Origin: Sporopachydermia quercuum
Taxonomy: Eukaryota
Direction of reading: 5' to 3'
Length of the DNA: 64,000 nt
Assembly: GCA_001599295.1 (NCBI GenBank)
Contig: BCGN01000001.1
Span: 1,488,001-1,552,000 of the forward strand
The notes under the pieces were generated by a model, which saw nothing but the letters and a program-made list of their open reading frames with translations, did not search any database and was not told the origin of the DNA. The position numbers and the translations under genes are program-made. This document shows, in pieces, positions 12,440 through 24,557 of the stretch (position 1 is its first letter; each line of letters starts with the position of its first letter).

Positions 12440-14950
12440 CTTTTAAATTATGAAGAACAGACGTTAAGAATATAAGTGCAGTAAATCTCCAAAACTTGTT
12501 GAACAAACGACTTTCTTGAAAGGTTCACTTGGAGAGTAATCTCTGAACTGGTATCTCAAACTAACTAATAATAATACCACTGATGATCTGTAAGAGCGGG
12601 AAATTGGGTTGTTGGAAAAATCTTTTGATACAATAANTTGCTAATATCAACTCTTCTACTCATTGAAAGCGATCAGACCATTATCAAGTCAGCATTGGCT
12701 TCTCCTGTTTAACTTCAGAAGTAACTAAAAGAAAGAAAAAAAGGAACTCAACTTCTCTCTAGCAAGTCACTGGGGTAAAAACAAGTAAAAGTAGATGGGC
12801 ACATATAACTACTTTTAAATTAACTTCCACTCCCAAAATAATTAGATTTGAATCTCAAAGATAAATTTAACTTTTGGGTAGCTTAGTTTTATGATAAAGT
12901 GATTATTATTTCATTGTAAATATATAGTAAATGAAGGAGAAACGAGCGAACTGCCCCTTCATTCTCGGTAACAAGTATTGAATATATGTTGAAAACTTTG
13001 ATTGAAGGGGAAGAAATCAAATTTGGCTCTGAAACTAGGTTTTGAAGTGTAGGTTGGTAATAAATAAGGTTGTGAACTTAATTCTCAATTGAGGGTAGGA
13101 TTTAAAGTTTGGGTAATGAGGAATGAACTTAGTGGGCACTAAACTTAAGTTTAGCTTAAAGTGCAGAGAACCTTGCATTGAATGCTTCCGATTTATTTCA
13201 TGAATCGGGTGAAATAGGTAAAACTTTGAGAGAATTTCTATGATGGAAATGAGTAGGAAGAGTTCAGTTTTCACTATGTAAAAGAATGAAAACATAGTGT
13301 TCCAGATTGGGTCATTTGACAAGTAAAATATGGGGTTAGACTAGGGGAACATGTGAATAGTAGAAATCCGACCGTAGTATGAAAGATATCTTGTCAATTT
13401 CTGAAAAGAGACATCCCAGTGTGCCGAACGTAAAAAAACAGTAGGAGATGAGATCAGTACTGATTGTTTGGAAGAGAAAACCGTTGTTCGAGACATGAAA
13501 TTGGATAGAGGGCTTGTATTGACAATGATAATGGTTTTATAGTCCACGTTTGGCCACTTTCATGCAATTAAGGGAAAAAGAAGAATAATCAAAGATACTT
13601 CAAGACTTTGGAGAGGTTCTTGCACATTCCATGGATGAATAATACAATCCTTTATCAGCCTGAAAAGAATGATAAGGTTAAGATTGTGTAATTCTTTTTC
13701 AAATTGGGGAACAAGATAAAGGCTTCAACAATTGTAGATTTTTGGTTTGTATACACTTTTGTTGATCATATTTCATGGTCATAGCCTTATCAACGGTTTA
13801 TTTCGCTTCTCTCGCGTTTTCTGTCTACCTTTGAAGCCTTGCTTGAATTATTCTTCGTCAGTCGACTATGTTGCCTGATTTGCTTGAAATAGGAATAAAG
13901 TTTNTACTGTTTCCCAGATGGGGTAGTATTTTTCTCCAAATGGTTGCATGACATTACATATTATTGCATATAAGTGATGAACTATATTCTTGATCTCCTC
14001 GGTGCGATGAGAAGCGAAAAGCTACCTATTGCTAGAATTTGAATGAATCCTATAAAGATAGATATACATCAAAGAGAATTGCCTTACGCATTAAATTTGA
14101 ACGTTGAGAAAGAAAAAAAAGTGNTGTTCAGAAGTTAGATCGATGTAACAAGTTATTGGAGAGCTATGTAGAATACACCATTTTACTCTAATAATGTATG
14201 TTCCTGTAGTCTTTCTAATGATGATGGCATCACTAATCATCATTTGATATGCTAAACAAGTCTTGTTGAAGTAAGACAAACTCAATTGTGTTTATTTCTC
14301 TACAGCTGATTCGATCAATATATCCTAATTGGATCACATCTCATTCAAGAATATTAGTAAAATGCATTGAAATGGCTTCAGCAACCCTTTTACTTTGTGG
14401 GAAGCATTCAGTTGAATATCCCTAGGAAACTATTTGAACTAATTCGATGTTAGTGCTGGAACCACCAAATAGGGTTATCCTTCGATTCAATGCTAACGAA
14501 AGACNTTAACCAACTGCTTTATTGGATGGACTATTACTCAATGACTTGTGGAAACTACAATACTAATGTTTATATTAGTATTTCTGACTAATTATCCTTG
14601 GTCCGTGCTCTCAGAGGCTTATCACTTGGCGAACAATCTTTAATACATTTTCATTGTAAATACTCTCAATATTAATTGATTTTATTGATCTCAATTAAAT
14701 GAGTTTATTCATCTCATCTCATAAGGATGTTCTATATTTATTCATAGAACAGAAATTCAGCATACGAAACTTTTCAAATTTCACATTCTCAATAAAGTTG
14801 TATTGAAATATAAGCTTGAAAACATAAAGTTTAGCTGAAGTTATTTATAATCATCAACAAAAGATAACTTTCTTGAAACATCTTCCCCTCCAGAAAGTTA
14901 CTACATTGAGAAGATATTCTAATGCATTTCATTAACTAATAGGCAAACGT

Positions 14951-14992
14951 TAGTTGTGCCCCACTAGTTGTGCCCCACTAGTTGTGCCCCAC
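14951..14992. repeat. Perfect tandem repeat, 3 x 14 bp (TAGTTGTGCCCCAC)
   Basis: Read directly: copies at 14951-14964, 14965-14978 and 14979-14992. Confidence 0.95.
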
Positions 14993-15766
14993 TACTAACA
15001 AATATTCTATTTTGCGCTTGAATGGAGAAATTGAAAGTCAATTACCAACTGAGAGTACCACAGCGGAAGGAGTACAGCAAATTAAAGTCTCTGCCAAATG
15101 ATGAAATCGGACACGGGAAATGTTATGAGAATGTTAGACTAAATGAAATTGAATTATAGAGCTTGATANGATGGTCAATACGCGGCTTATCAAAAAGTAA
15201 TTTGAATATGGGGTAACTAGTAAATTAAGTAGTTTCAATTGTGACTGAAGAGAGTCAGCTAGGACAATAAAAGGTGAACCCTGAGGGATAAAGAGTGCTT
15301 TGATCCAATTGGTAAACAAATTGGATATCATAATAGTTCTAGTTAGCTGGTAATGAGGTTAAGGCTGGCATTTCTTATTTGTTTTACTATATGTGATTTC
15401 CTTTTATAAATTACCAAAGAGTCCGGAAATGAGAACAAAACTCAAGATAGTTTAAGATAAATAGATGCATCCTTTCCAATCAAAACTACAAGCTTTTGTT
15501 ATCACAACATAGCTTCATAATATCTTAACAATCTGATTTAAATTCATTTGAATTTGGTCAATTTTATTCAGGCTCCGTTAATTTCAAAATAGAATAGATT
15601 CTTAGACAAATCTTAGGTCATAGAAACCTTCTGACATGTCCATTTGCGAGGGCATTCCAATTGAGAAGCAGACGGGAAACCTAGTTTGTGTAAGTAGTTG
15701 ATAACAGAACGGAGTGTGAAATTCGTCGGATAAGAGCCAACCATGACAGCAACAAAACAAAACAGC

Positions 15767-15779
15767 CCCCGCAATCAAT
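15767..15779 (-). promoter_or_regulatory. Putative Mig1/CreA site in the CAT8-GPI12 divergent region
   Basis: Minus strand ATTGATT-GCGGGG matches the AT-rich flank plus SYGGRG consensus. Confidence 0.35.
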
Positions 15780-16540
15780 CCAGTTAGTCCGGTATATATT
15801 TTAACCGGTTTAGTTATAGAACGATTCAATACTATTTAATACCAGTTGAGTTGGATTGATTTTTCGATCACCTCTTTCTTGATCTTTCGCCTATAGAAAA
15901 ATTACAAGAAAGACAATTCAATCTTTGGTTATCTGGTATCAAAATATACCTCCAACACCAAAATTCCGCAATATTCATACAGTTTTAGGAACAACAGGTA
16001 TGATACAATATATTCTTCTGCTTCTTCTTCAATCCCTCAATATTCTTTATGTAATCTAATACCCCATATTTCGTATTTTTAACTTTAAGTTTATCACCGC
16101 ATCCAGATGCATTCCTATACATATCAGGGCGAACTCAAAGAATTGCAGTGGGGGTTATCAGCAAGACATTGATATATTTTCGCCTACACTTTGCATCTCA
16201 TCGTAGAATGTTCTGATTTACGTGTCTCCAAACCTCCATCCAGGAAGACAACTAAACAAAGCATCGAAATTGTTCATAAGAGGCCAATTGACATGTTTAT
16301 AGTATTATTTGGATAAGGTAAACTTTTCGTAAAGCAAATTAGCAGACTCTTGATTGAATCATCAAAATTGTGCGTTTGTTTCAGTCAATCTTTTTTGGTA
16401 ATTCGGCAACCACAAGTAAGGTCAATTTTATCCTTTTGTCTGGTCANAAGTCAAAAGAATTATAGATTGAAGCTAAGAAACCAGCATCAATATACCTATA
16501 TCAAATCGATTGTTTATCAGTTGACAGAATCTTTTATAAA

Positions 16541-17533
16541 ATGCTCTTCTCTTTGGTTTTCCTTACTCCAGTTGCTGCCGTTCTCACATGGATCTTGGGA
16601 TACAATTATTTCAAAGTTGGTGAACAACCATGGCAGACTACAGAGAGATTAGTTAACAACACTAATCTTTTATTACTAATTTCGCATCCTGATGATGAAG
16701 TGATGTTCTTTGCACCAACTATTACCAAATTGTTGAACCCTGAGTTAAACAACACATTGAACGTGTTGTGTCTATCATCTGGAAATTTTGATGGAAAAGG
16801 AGAAGTGAGGCAACAGGAATTGATCAAATCAGTCACTGATTTGGGTATTGAGAATGCTGAGGAACAAACTATTATTGTTGATTTACCAGAGCTTGCTGAC
16901 TCCCCAATAGTTGAATGGAACTCAAGTTTTATTGCTGATTTGATTGAAGAAAAAGTTCCTAATATTACAACTATTATCACATTTGATCAACAAGGAATCT
17001 CTAATCATATTAATCATATTTCTGCCTACTCTGGTGCCATTGAATGGAACTCTAGAAAGAATTATGTAAATGAAACTCAATTTGATTTAGACTGGGAAAT
17101 CGAATTAGAATCGTTGAAAAAGAAGCATGAGGAAGAAAAAGCTGAAAAGATTGCTAAAGGAGAAGAAGTGTCCGAAGAAGAACCTGTTTTTGAAAAGCCA
17201 AATCCTTTTGATATCCCCGAAATCTATACTGTTTGGACTTTGAAATCTGTTCCAGTTTGGAGAAAGTATTTAGGATGTTTTGACGCTGGATATGTTGTTG
17301 TCAAAAAATTGTTTTTGAAAATATGGGAACTATTTATCTTTGATAGACCAACAGACCTTACTAAGTCAAGCAGCAAGAAAGTTCTATTTGTTTCTTCATC
17401 GCAAGAGTATTTGAAATCAGTAAAGGTTATGTTAGAGGACCATGAATCACAAGTTGTATGGTTCAGATATTTGTGGTTGGCATTTTCACGTTATCTAATT
17501 GTGAATGATTTGGAGAAAGTTGCTAGATGGTGA
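16541..17533 (+). CDS. GPI12: GlcNAc-PI de-N-acetylase (PIG-L family; 330 aa)
   Basis: HPDDEVMFFAPTI motif, TFD.QGISNH.NH, C-terminal H.SQ.VWFRYL...FSRY, and an N-terminal membrane anchor. Confidence 0.95.
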   Translation: MLFSLVFLTPVAAVLTWILGYNYFKVGEQPWQTTERLVNNTNLLLLISHPDDEVMFFAPTITKLLNPELNNTLNVLCLSSGNFDGKGEVRQQELIKSVTDLGIENAEEQTIIVDLPELADSPIVEWNSSFIADLIEEKVPNITTIITFDQQGISNHINHISAYSGAIEWNSRKNYVNETQFDLDWEIELESLKKKHEEEKAEKIAKGEEVSEEEPVFEKPNPFDIPEIYTVWTLKSVPVWRKYLGCFDAGYVVVKKLFLKIWELFIFDRPTDLTKSSSKKVLFVSSSQEYLKSVKVMLEDHESQVVWFRYLWLAFSRYLIVNDLEKVARW

Positions 17534-17792
17534 GTAATGATACAGAAAATAGGTTATGTAGACCGCTTAGAAAGAGAATAAATAATGGAGAAATGAACAA
17601 AAAAATCTTCGATATAATTGCGAATGGAATTGAGTAAACTATAGCATCAGCCAAAGAAAGCTTGATATTTATGCAAAACCTATTTGCCTACGTTCTCTAC
17701 AACTACTGTAAGTACTAAAATACATTAACCAGATCCAGGCTACTCTAGAAGAGTGGATTATTTGTTAAATGAGACATCATATATGTTTTTTA

Positions 17793-19478
17793 TTACACAT
17801 TTTCTTCCTCTTCTTTGCCCTTCTCTTCCTTTATATTTCTGAAGTCTATTCTTCTTTTCTGTAGATTCTTCAAAATCTCCTTGTTAATATCGTCAACCAA
17901 ACTTCTTCCACGAGGTAAATAATTAAGCTCGTTGTCCATAGAAACAAAAGCTTCGGCAATTGCCATTGCTTCTTCAGCTCGGTTGTATCTAACTAATTGT
18001 TGGCATCCTAATGTTAGAAACATTGAAGTGAAGTATTTGCCTAGCTTGATTGTTTTATCTGGTTCTGTTTCAGGGTTACATAATTGTTCATAAACTGTCA
18101 TAGCCGTTTTCAACATTTCAGATGAAGCTCGGTATTTGTTTAGTATAAATAAACGAGTTCTCAATGATCTCTCGGTNAAAATATTCTTACCAGCTTTCCT
18201 GTTACTTTGAATCATTTCTTCCCATATACTACCACTGATTCTGGCTTTTGATTTGTTATCAAATTCCAATCTTCTTTCTTTGAAATAATNCGACTCAACT
18301 TTCACCGTGAGATAGTACAAGTTTACCCAAAACTCATCAGATTCTTTCACAGTTGGGTGTTCTGTAGTGATATCCAACCATCGGAATNTAGTCATGAACT
18401 GATCCAAATAGTACATTAATTTGTCCAATTGATCGTTTATACAGAAAACATTGGTAAGTGAGATTAACGTAGACATTTTTGGCATTAGGAAATAATCAGA
18501 GCGAGCTCTCAGTAGACTTTTGATTTCTCTGTCATTAACTCCTTCAATGCTATCGATACCCCAGAGTAATTTGATTAGTCCTTCAACCATAAAAATATCT
18601 CTCTGATAGCCCAAACTGTTAATCGCTAATTCGTATGTTCTCAGATTGGGAGATATACCGTGATTTTTCATCTCTTGAATAACATCTATAGGATCAACTA
18701 TACCTAGTTGTTTGGGACGTTTATGAACTAAAGGAAATATCCATTTTCCATGATACTTCCATTGACCGGGATTAGTATGACACATTAGTTCCAAAAAATG
18801 GTTCCAAATTTGGCGTGAAACGTGTGTAAATGTGTATGGTGTTGTAGGTTGATTTCTTAATAAAAGTGCGTGATCCACAAGTTGAGGGAACAAATCTCTT
18901 ATCTGAAGATGCCTTCCCGATACCATGTAAATCTCAAAAATACGTTCGCAATCATACATTGATAAACCGTTATATCCATCAAAAGGTGAACGCACTGCTG
19001 GGAAGGATTTTATGGCGTCAACTACCCTGTCAAACCATTGAAGAAAAATACGATGGGTTATATCCTTGGATTGATAGTTGGAAGTGGTAAATCGTTTAAG
19101 GAGAACTGAGAGCTCCCGTCGTGAGAGCTCTAGGTTCAGAGGGACTCCGGATTTCTCCAATTTACTCAAAATACTTATGACTTCTGGCAATGATGACTTT
19201 TCAATCATTTCAAAAGTAGAGGAATCTTTTTCATAGGATATCCTGCTCTGCCGCAACTCTGTTGAAGTCCCGGATGCATATGATAACATAGTCTTCCGTT
19301 GAAGTGGTAGTAACCCTAGTTCATATATAGCATTGTCAGTAGCTAATGTAATATCCGACTGGGGAGAGGGTGCTTGAAAATATTGTTGGAAATCAGTTGC
19401 TGATCCATGATTCTTTGTAGGAATCGTTGACAGGGATCGTCGGAATGAGTTCCCACGGTGGATACTTCGAGGTATCAT
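17793..19478 (-). CDS. AEP2: Mitochondrial ATPase expression protein Aep2/Atp13 (PPR-like; 561 aa)
   Basis: Arg/Ser-rich presequence, PPR-like GISPNLRTYELAINSLG, and the ATP13-type LWGID...LMP..STLISL.NVFC.N segment. Convergent with GPI12 as in S. cerevisiae. Confidence 0.75.
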   Translation of the reverse strand: MIPRSIHRGNSFRRSLSTIPTKNHGSATDFQQYFQAPSPQSDITLATDNAIYELGLLPLQRKTMLSYASGTSTELRQSRISYEKDSSTFEMIEKSSLPEVISILSKLEKSGVPLNLELSRRELSVLLKRFTTSNYQSKDITHRIFLQWFDRVVDAIKSFPAVRSPFDGYNGLSMYDCERIFEIYMVSGRHLQIRDLFPQLVDHALLLRNQPTTPYTFTHVSRQIWNHFLELMCHTNPGQWKYHGKWIFPLVHKRPKQLGIVDPIDVIQEMKNHGISPNLRTYELAINSLGYQRDIFMVEGLIKLLWGIDSIEGVNDREIKSLLRARSDYFLMPKMSTLISLTNVFCINDQLDKLMYYLDQFMTXFRWLDITTEHPTVKESDEFWVNLYYLTVKVESXYFKERRLEFDNKSKARISGSIWEEMIQSNRKAGKNIXTERSLRTRLFILNKYRASSEMLKTAMTVYEQLCNPETEPDKTIKLGKYFTSMFLTLGCQQLVRYNRAEEAMAIAEAFVSMDNELNYLPRGRSLVDDINKEILKNLQKRRIDFRNIKEEKGKEEEENV

Positions 19479-20445
19479 TTTGTCATCTGTGATTTATGAT
19501 GACAAATGTTAAATACACCGTAGAAAAGCAAAACAATTTTTTTTATTCATACGGGTTTTCTATGTTTAGAAAGGTGTTTTGATCATATTTTCAATGTTGA
19601 TTTGTTCAGTCATTTTGTTGATTATGGTGGAGGATTATGATTATAAAGTGGTTGGTGAAATACCCGGGGAATTTTTCACTTCTGTCCTAGTAGATTAAGG
19701 NGAGATGTGAAATTCGGACATTCTGGACTGCTTGTTTGAGATATTGGCGAATCACGTGAATTATTGCCTTGAAACCATCAATTTATTTAAGCATATCTAT
19801 TATAGGACAAACAAGATTAAAGTTCTTAATAAACTTAGGATCTCTCAGTTTGGGAGGTAAATTATGTATAAACAACATACCAAGTAAGATCTACACATTT
19901 TACCAATTCCAAAAACAAAGACAGGAAAGTAGAAAAACCAAAGTTATACTTACCTTTTGCTAAAGAAATTTTGTATCTTCAACAAAACAGTCTTAGCTAT
20001 ATTATCTCGTTCATCTCATCCCCTAGTAATATCGTCTTTCTGCTGATAACAACTTTTTTCCATTTCAAGGATTCATATACCCTTTCCAGAAACAAGATTG
20101 TTCCATATCTTCAAACGTTAACTCTATTTATATGACTCTTGACGCGCCTTGCTGCACAATTGCTTCTATCTACTATTACATCTTTGCTGCTGCCTCTTTC
20201 TAATCAGATTAAAAACTAGGATCTTGATCGATCTGATTGTGAAACTACGGTTTATTAACAGAATATTGACGTGAATGAAAGAAAAACTGTATTTGAACTG
20301 GCAAAAAATGCTTAGCTTATTGTTGTTCTCTTCATCCTTTGAAAGATTATAACTACACTGTTTGCAGTAGTCATTTGGTGCTGAGTTGTCTTTCCCAAGT
20401 AAACTTTTTAGAGTAACTAGATAACAGTCGCGTGAGTGGTACGAG

Positions 20446-20555
20446 GTATGTGATCTGCTTAAAATAAACCATCAATATTATCACAGCTTGTTTGCCATAC
20501 CTTTCATAATAGATAAAGAACCCATGGAGTTTGTACTTATACTAACGATCTCTAG
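20446..20555 (+). other. 5'-UTR intron of VHC1 (110 nt)
   Basis: GAG|GTATGT(20446)..TACTAAC(20540-20546)..TAG(20555), 6 nt before ATG 20562. An in-frame stop lies upstream of the donor. Confidence 0.75.
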
Positions 20556-20561
20556 GTAAAA

Positions 20562-23500
20562 ATGGCGACAGAAACTGGTGATGGTTCACCAGTGGAACCA
20601 CTGATAGGCCCTAATGAACTGAAAGCTGATATTGATATCTATGAGATTAAGAGTGAAAGTGATGGAAAAATGGGGACATTTTCAGGAGTTTTTGTTCCAA
20701 CAACGTTGAATGTGTTGTCTATTCTTATGTTCTTACGGTTTGGGTTTATCCTTGGTCAAATGGGGATATTAGGGATGTTTGCTTTGCTATTCATGAGTTA
20801 TTCAATTGATCTATTCACTGTACTATCCATTTCAGCCATATCGACTAATGGTACAGTTAAAGGTGGTGGCGCTTATTATATGATCTCCAGATCTTTGGGA
20901 CCGGAATTTGGTGGTAGCATTGGGATTGTTTTCTATTTAGGTCAAATTCTCAATTCCGGTATGAACGTTATTGGTTTCATTGAACCTTTACTTTACAACT
21001 TTGCTATAAATGATGGTGCATTAGGTCACTTTCTACCACAAGACTCTAATTCGGTATTTATATACTCTACGATATTACTAGTATTATGTACTGGAGTTTG
21101 TATGGTTGGTTCTGGAATGGTTTCAAAAGCTGGAATGTTATTATTCGTTATCCTCCTGCTAGCAACTATATCAGTACCTATATCAGTATTCTTCGTTGAG
21201 CCTTTCCATTCATTAACATATGATACTATGTATACAGGGCCCTCATGGAAAACTGCTCATGAAAATCTTTGGCCTCAGTTTACTTCTGGTGCTGCTGGAT
21301 CTCTTTTACCAGGCAAAGAAACATTTCAAGATTTGTTTGGTATTTTCTTTCCCGCTACCGCAGGAATTTTCGCCGGAGCTTCAATGTCTGGTGATCTGAA
21401 AACTCCTTCTATTTCAATTCCTAGTGGTACGTTAAAAGGTCTAGTTTTGACATTTATTTGCTATTCGTTAGTTATCATTGCCATGGGTTGTTCCATCCCA
21501 AGAGACTTTCTTCATAAAGACGTTCAAATCATTCAAACTGTGTCAATGGCTCAATTTGTTGTTCTTCTCGGTGAATTCTCTACAAGTTTGTTTTCCGCTA
21601 TTGTTGGCATCGTTGGTGCGGCTGCTCTACTACAAGCAATTGCAAAAGATCAACTACTACCAGGATTGAAAATATTTGAGAAACCTCTACCTGCAACTTT
21701 GGCTACTTACGCATTATGTCAGTTAACGCTATTAGGAGACGTTAACACTATTGCTACAATGATTACTATGACCTTTCTGGTTACATTCATTGTCACTAAT
21801 TTAGCATGTTTCTTACTGAAAATTGGTGGGGCACCTAATTTTAGACCTTCGTTCAAGTATTTCAATTGGCCAACAGCTTTCACTGGTTTACTAGGAAGCT
21901 TAGCTGCCATGTTTGTTGTAGATGGNAGCTCAGCAGCAATAACACTACTAGTAATCTCTGGTTTATTCCTTTTAATCCATTATATGGCCCCGCCTAAGCA
22001 ATGGGGCGATGTTTCTCAGTCTTTAATCTATCATCAAGTCAGAAAGTACTTGTTTAAATTAAGGCAGGATAATCCTAAATTCTGGCGGCCTCAGATCCTT
22101 CTGTTAGTTGATAATCCACGATCAGCTTGGAAACTAATCCATTTCTGCAATAACCTGAAAAAGGGTGGATTGTACATTCTAGGGCATGTTGTTCTAACCA
22201 AAGATTTTGAAACAGATTATAGACTTATCAGCAGAATAGGGGCAGCATGGGTAAGACTGAGAGATTTAGGAAGAGTCAAAGCTTTTGTTCAGATAGGTGC
22301 AGGTTCCGATCTTGTTTGGGGAGTACGGAACGTTTTCATGGGTTCGGGCCTCGGAGGTATGAAGCCAAATATTACAGTACTAGGATTCTACGATGGGTCG
22401 CAAGCTGGCTTTAAAGAGAGAAAGAATTCGGCGTATAACAAACAGGCAGCTGAAGTAAANGTGTTTTCTGGTAGTAAACTTGCTGCTGATGAGTTTTATG
22501 TTCCCGAGTCGGAATTCCCTGAAGTTGATTATAATATCAATCCTAATAGTAGTGATAATTCTACTGCAACAGATTTGCCATCATCAAACAAATTTCCTAC
22601 CGAAAGCAATAGTATTACACCTTCTGATTGGGTACGCACAATCGAAGATTTGATACTCATGGGATCAAATATTGCTTTAGCTAAAGGTTTCCCCAGGTTG
22701 AAATTTCCCGATTCAAAAGATATTCATCATAGTAAGAAGAAATACATTGATTTATATCCTATTCAAATGTCAGCTCAGATTGTCGATGAAACTTCTGGTA
22801 TCTCTGCCTTAACTACCAACTTTGACACGTATACATTGATTCTTCAATTGGGAACATTGCTTCATACAGTTCCGAAATGGAAAAGAACTCACAAACTAAG
22901 AGTTGTCGTATTTGTTGAGTTTTCCGAAGACGTTGAAGAAGAAAGATCAAGAGTTGAATCCTTATTACATAGTTTAAGAATTCAAGCAGAAGTTCTAGTT
23001 CTATGGCTTTCATGTGGAAGATTTCAAGCTTATGAAACATTGATTCATGGTAAAGATGATCCAAGTGGCCATATTGATGCAATACTTCAGGATGAAGATT
23101 GGTGGAGTGATTTAAAGACATTTAGAGAGAAGAATAGCTTCAAGTCTGGCCCTTTACCTGTGTCAATATTGCAATCAATATTTCCGTCAGAAATTGGTCA
23201 ACTGAATAACGATTTAATCAATAAAGTCTTGCCTCAGGTTATAGGAGCTCAAAGGAGGGTATCTACTACGAATATTCAGCAGCTGGGACTTGCTTTTTCA
23301 ATTCAGACAAATAGACTGAATCCATTATTCACTGATTCAAAGAATCAGGAGTCGGTTTTAATTGATGATTCTGAGACAAGTTCAATCAATAGTTCTACTG
23401 TTGATGAGAGTACCATAACGGAAGGCACTAATGCTAATAATAACGATAATTGTATCGAAAATAGCGCACCTAATTTCTTCAAGTTCCCGGGAACAAGAAA

Positions 23501-24389
23501 ATCATTTTCGATCCAGAAAGTGAGGAATCCTCGTAATGATGTTGAAATCACAGTTCCTGCAAGATACGAAGGCTCCAATAATTATGGTGATGGTAGTTTA
23601 AGTGGATCATCACCTGAGAATTCTACTGCTAGTAGGAATAGCCGTAATTCCAATAGCAATAGCAGTAGCACTTCTACAGTTATGGATAATGCGAGTACTT
23701 CTACTAGTACTTCCGGTAAAATCAAACGGTCAAAAAGAAGGCCAGTATTTTCATCAGAAGCTATTCCACATCCTCATGTTGATGTTGATGCAGAAGAAGG
23801 AAGACAATCTATTATGTTTCAAAACAAACCTAATAGTAAAGATAAGAATAAAAGGACTTCGAATAGAAGTAGTCAAAAGGCTTTACAAACGTTGAATACC
23901 CTTAGAAATAATGAGCATGCACCTTTGCTGAGCCATAATGAAGAAGGATATAAATCGCTTGAAGGTTCTGAAGCGTCGTCTATTCATAGTAATGATACTA
24001 GTGGTAATAGTAATAGTGCGCATTCAAATCCTAGTGAACAACAAAGCATTGTGCATCCACATAATCATAATCATAGCCGTAGCCATAACCATAATCATGC
24101 TGAAAATGAAAATGGGATTGAAGGTAATACTACAAAATATGATTATATTACATTCAATGATTTACCAGATATTGGCCAGCATCTCATTCTTAATGATATA
24201 ATGAAAACGACATCGAAGCAAGGAGAAACATCATTTATATTCTCAACATTGCCGGCACCCCAAGCAGGAACATATAAAAGTGATGAGGATTCAATTGCTT
24301 ATATTGATAGTTTATCTGTTTGGTGTGATGAACTACCGCCTATTATGTTGATAAACTCCCAAGCTGTTACTGTTACTACTTCTTTATAG
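20562..24389 (+). CDS. VHC1: Vacuolar cation-chloride cotransporter, SLC12 family (1275 aa)
   Basis: [63 protein letters not shown] and WRPQILLLV are SLC12 signatures. Confidence 0.95.
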   Translation: MATETGDGSPVEPLIGPNELKADIDIYEIKSESDGKMGTFSGVFVPTTLNVLSILMFLRFGFILGQMGILGMFALLFMSYSIDLFTVLSISAISTNGTVKGGGAYYMISRSLGPEFGGSIGIVFYLGQILNSGMNVIGFIEPLLYNFAINDGALGHFLPQDSNSVFIYSTILLVLCTGVCMVGSGMVSKAGMLLFVILLLATISVPISVFFVEPFHSLTYDTMYTGPSWKTAHENLWPQFTSGAAGSLLPGKETFQDLFGIFFPATAGIFAGASMSGDLKTPSISIPSGTLKGLVLTFICYSLVIIAMGCSIPRDFLHKDVQIIQTVSMAQFVVLLGEFSTSLFSAIVGIVGAAALLQAIAKDQLLPGLKIFEKPLPATLATYALCQLTLLGDVNTIATMITMTFLVTFIVTNLACFLLKIGGAPNFRPSFKYFNWPTAFTGLLGSLAAMFVVDXSSAAITLLVISGLFLLIHYMAPPKQWGDVSQSLIYHQVRKYLFKLRQDNPKFWRPQILLLVDNPRSAWKLIHFCNNLKKGGLYILGHVVLTKDFETDYRLISRIGAAWVRLRDLGRVKAFVQIGAGSDLVWGVRNVFMGSGLGGMKPNITVLGFYDGSQAGFKERKNSAYNKQAAEVXVFSGSKLAADEFYVPESEFPEVDYNINPNSSDNSTATDLPSSNKFPTESNSITPSDWVRTIEDLILMGSNIALAKGFPRLKFPDSKDIHHSKKKYIDLYPIQMSAQIVDETSGISALTTNFDTYTLILQLGTLLHTVPKWKRTHKLRVVVFVEFSEDVEEERSRVESLLHSLRIQAEVLVLWLSCGRFQAYETLIHGKDDPSGHIDAILQDEDWWSDLKTFREKNSFKSGPLPVSILQSIFPSEIGQLNNDLINKVLPQVIGAQRRVSTTNIQQLGLAFSIQTNRLNPLFTDSKNQESVLIDDSETSSINSSTVDESTITEGTNANNNDNCIENSAPNFFKFPGTRKSFSIQKVRNPRNDVEITVPARYEGSNNYGDGSLSGSSPENSTASRNSRNSNSNSSSTSTVMDNASTSTSTSGKIKRSKRRPVFSSEAIPHPHVDVDAEEGRQSIMFQNKPNSKDKNKRTSNRSSQKALQTLNTLRNNEHAPLLSHNEEGYKSLEGSEASSIHSNDTSGNSNSAHSNPSEQQSIVHPHNHNHSRSHNHNHAENENGIEGNTTKYDYITFNDLPDIGQHLILNDIMKTTSKQGETSFIFSTLPAPQAGTYKSDEDSIAYIDSLSVWCDELPPIMLINSQAVTVTTSL

Positions 24390-24557
24390 TGAGTGAAAGA
24401 AAGTTTGGAGATTGGTAAGAAGGTGTTATATGTAAATAATGTATGTATATAAAGTAAATAGAAATATTGGTAATACTATTACTAATACTACCAATAGCAC
24501 TTTCCATCATCATCTACGCTTATATTCCTGTGACACCTATCATGTATTAAATCTCTA

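Noticed and set aside
14595..14615. TCCTTGGTCCGTG is complementary to 25S rRNA near the U18 snoRNA target
   Set aside because: There is no canonical C box and no correctly placed D box, and a 13-nt match to rRNA is expected by chance in a window this size.
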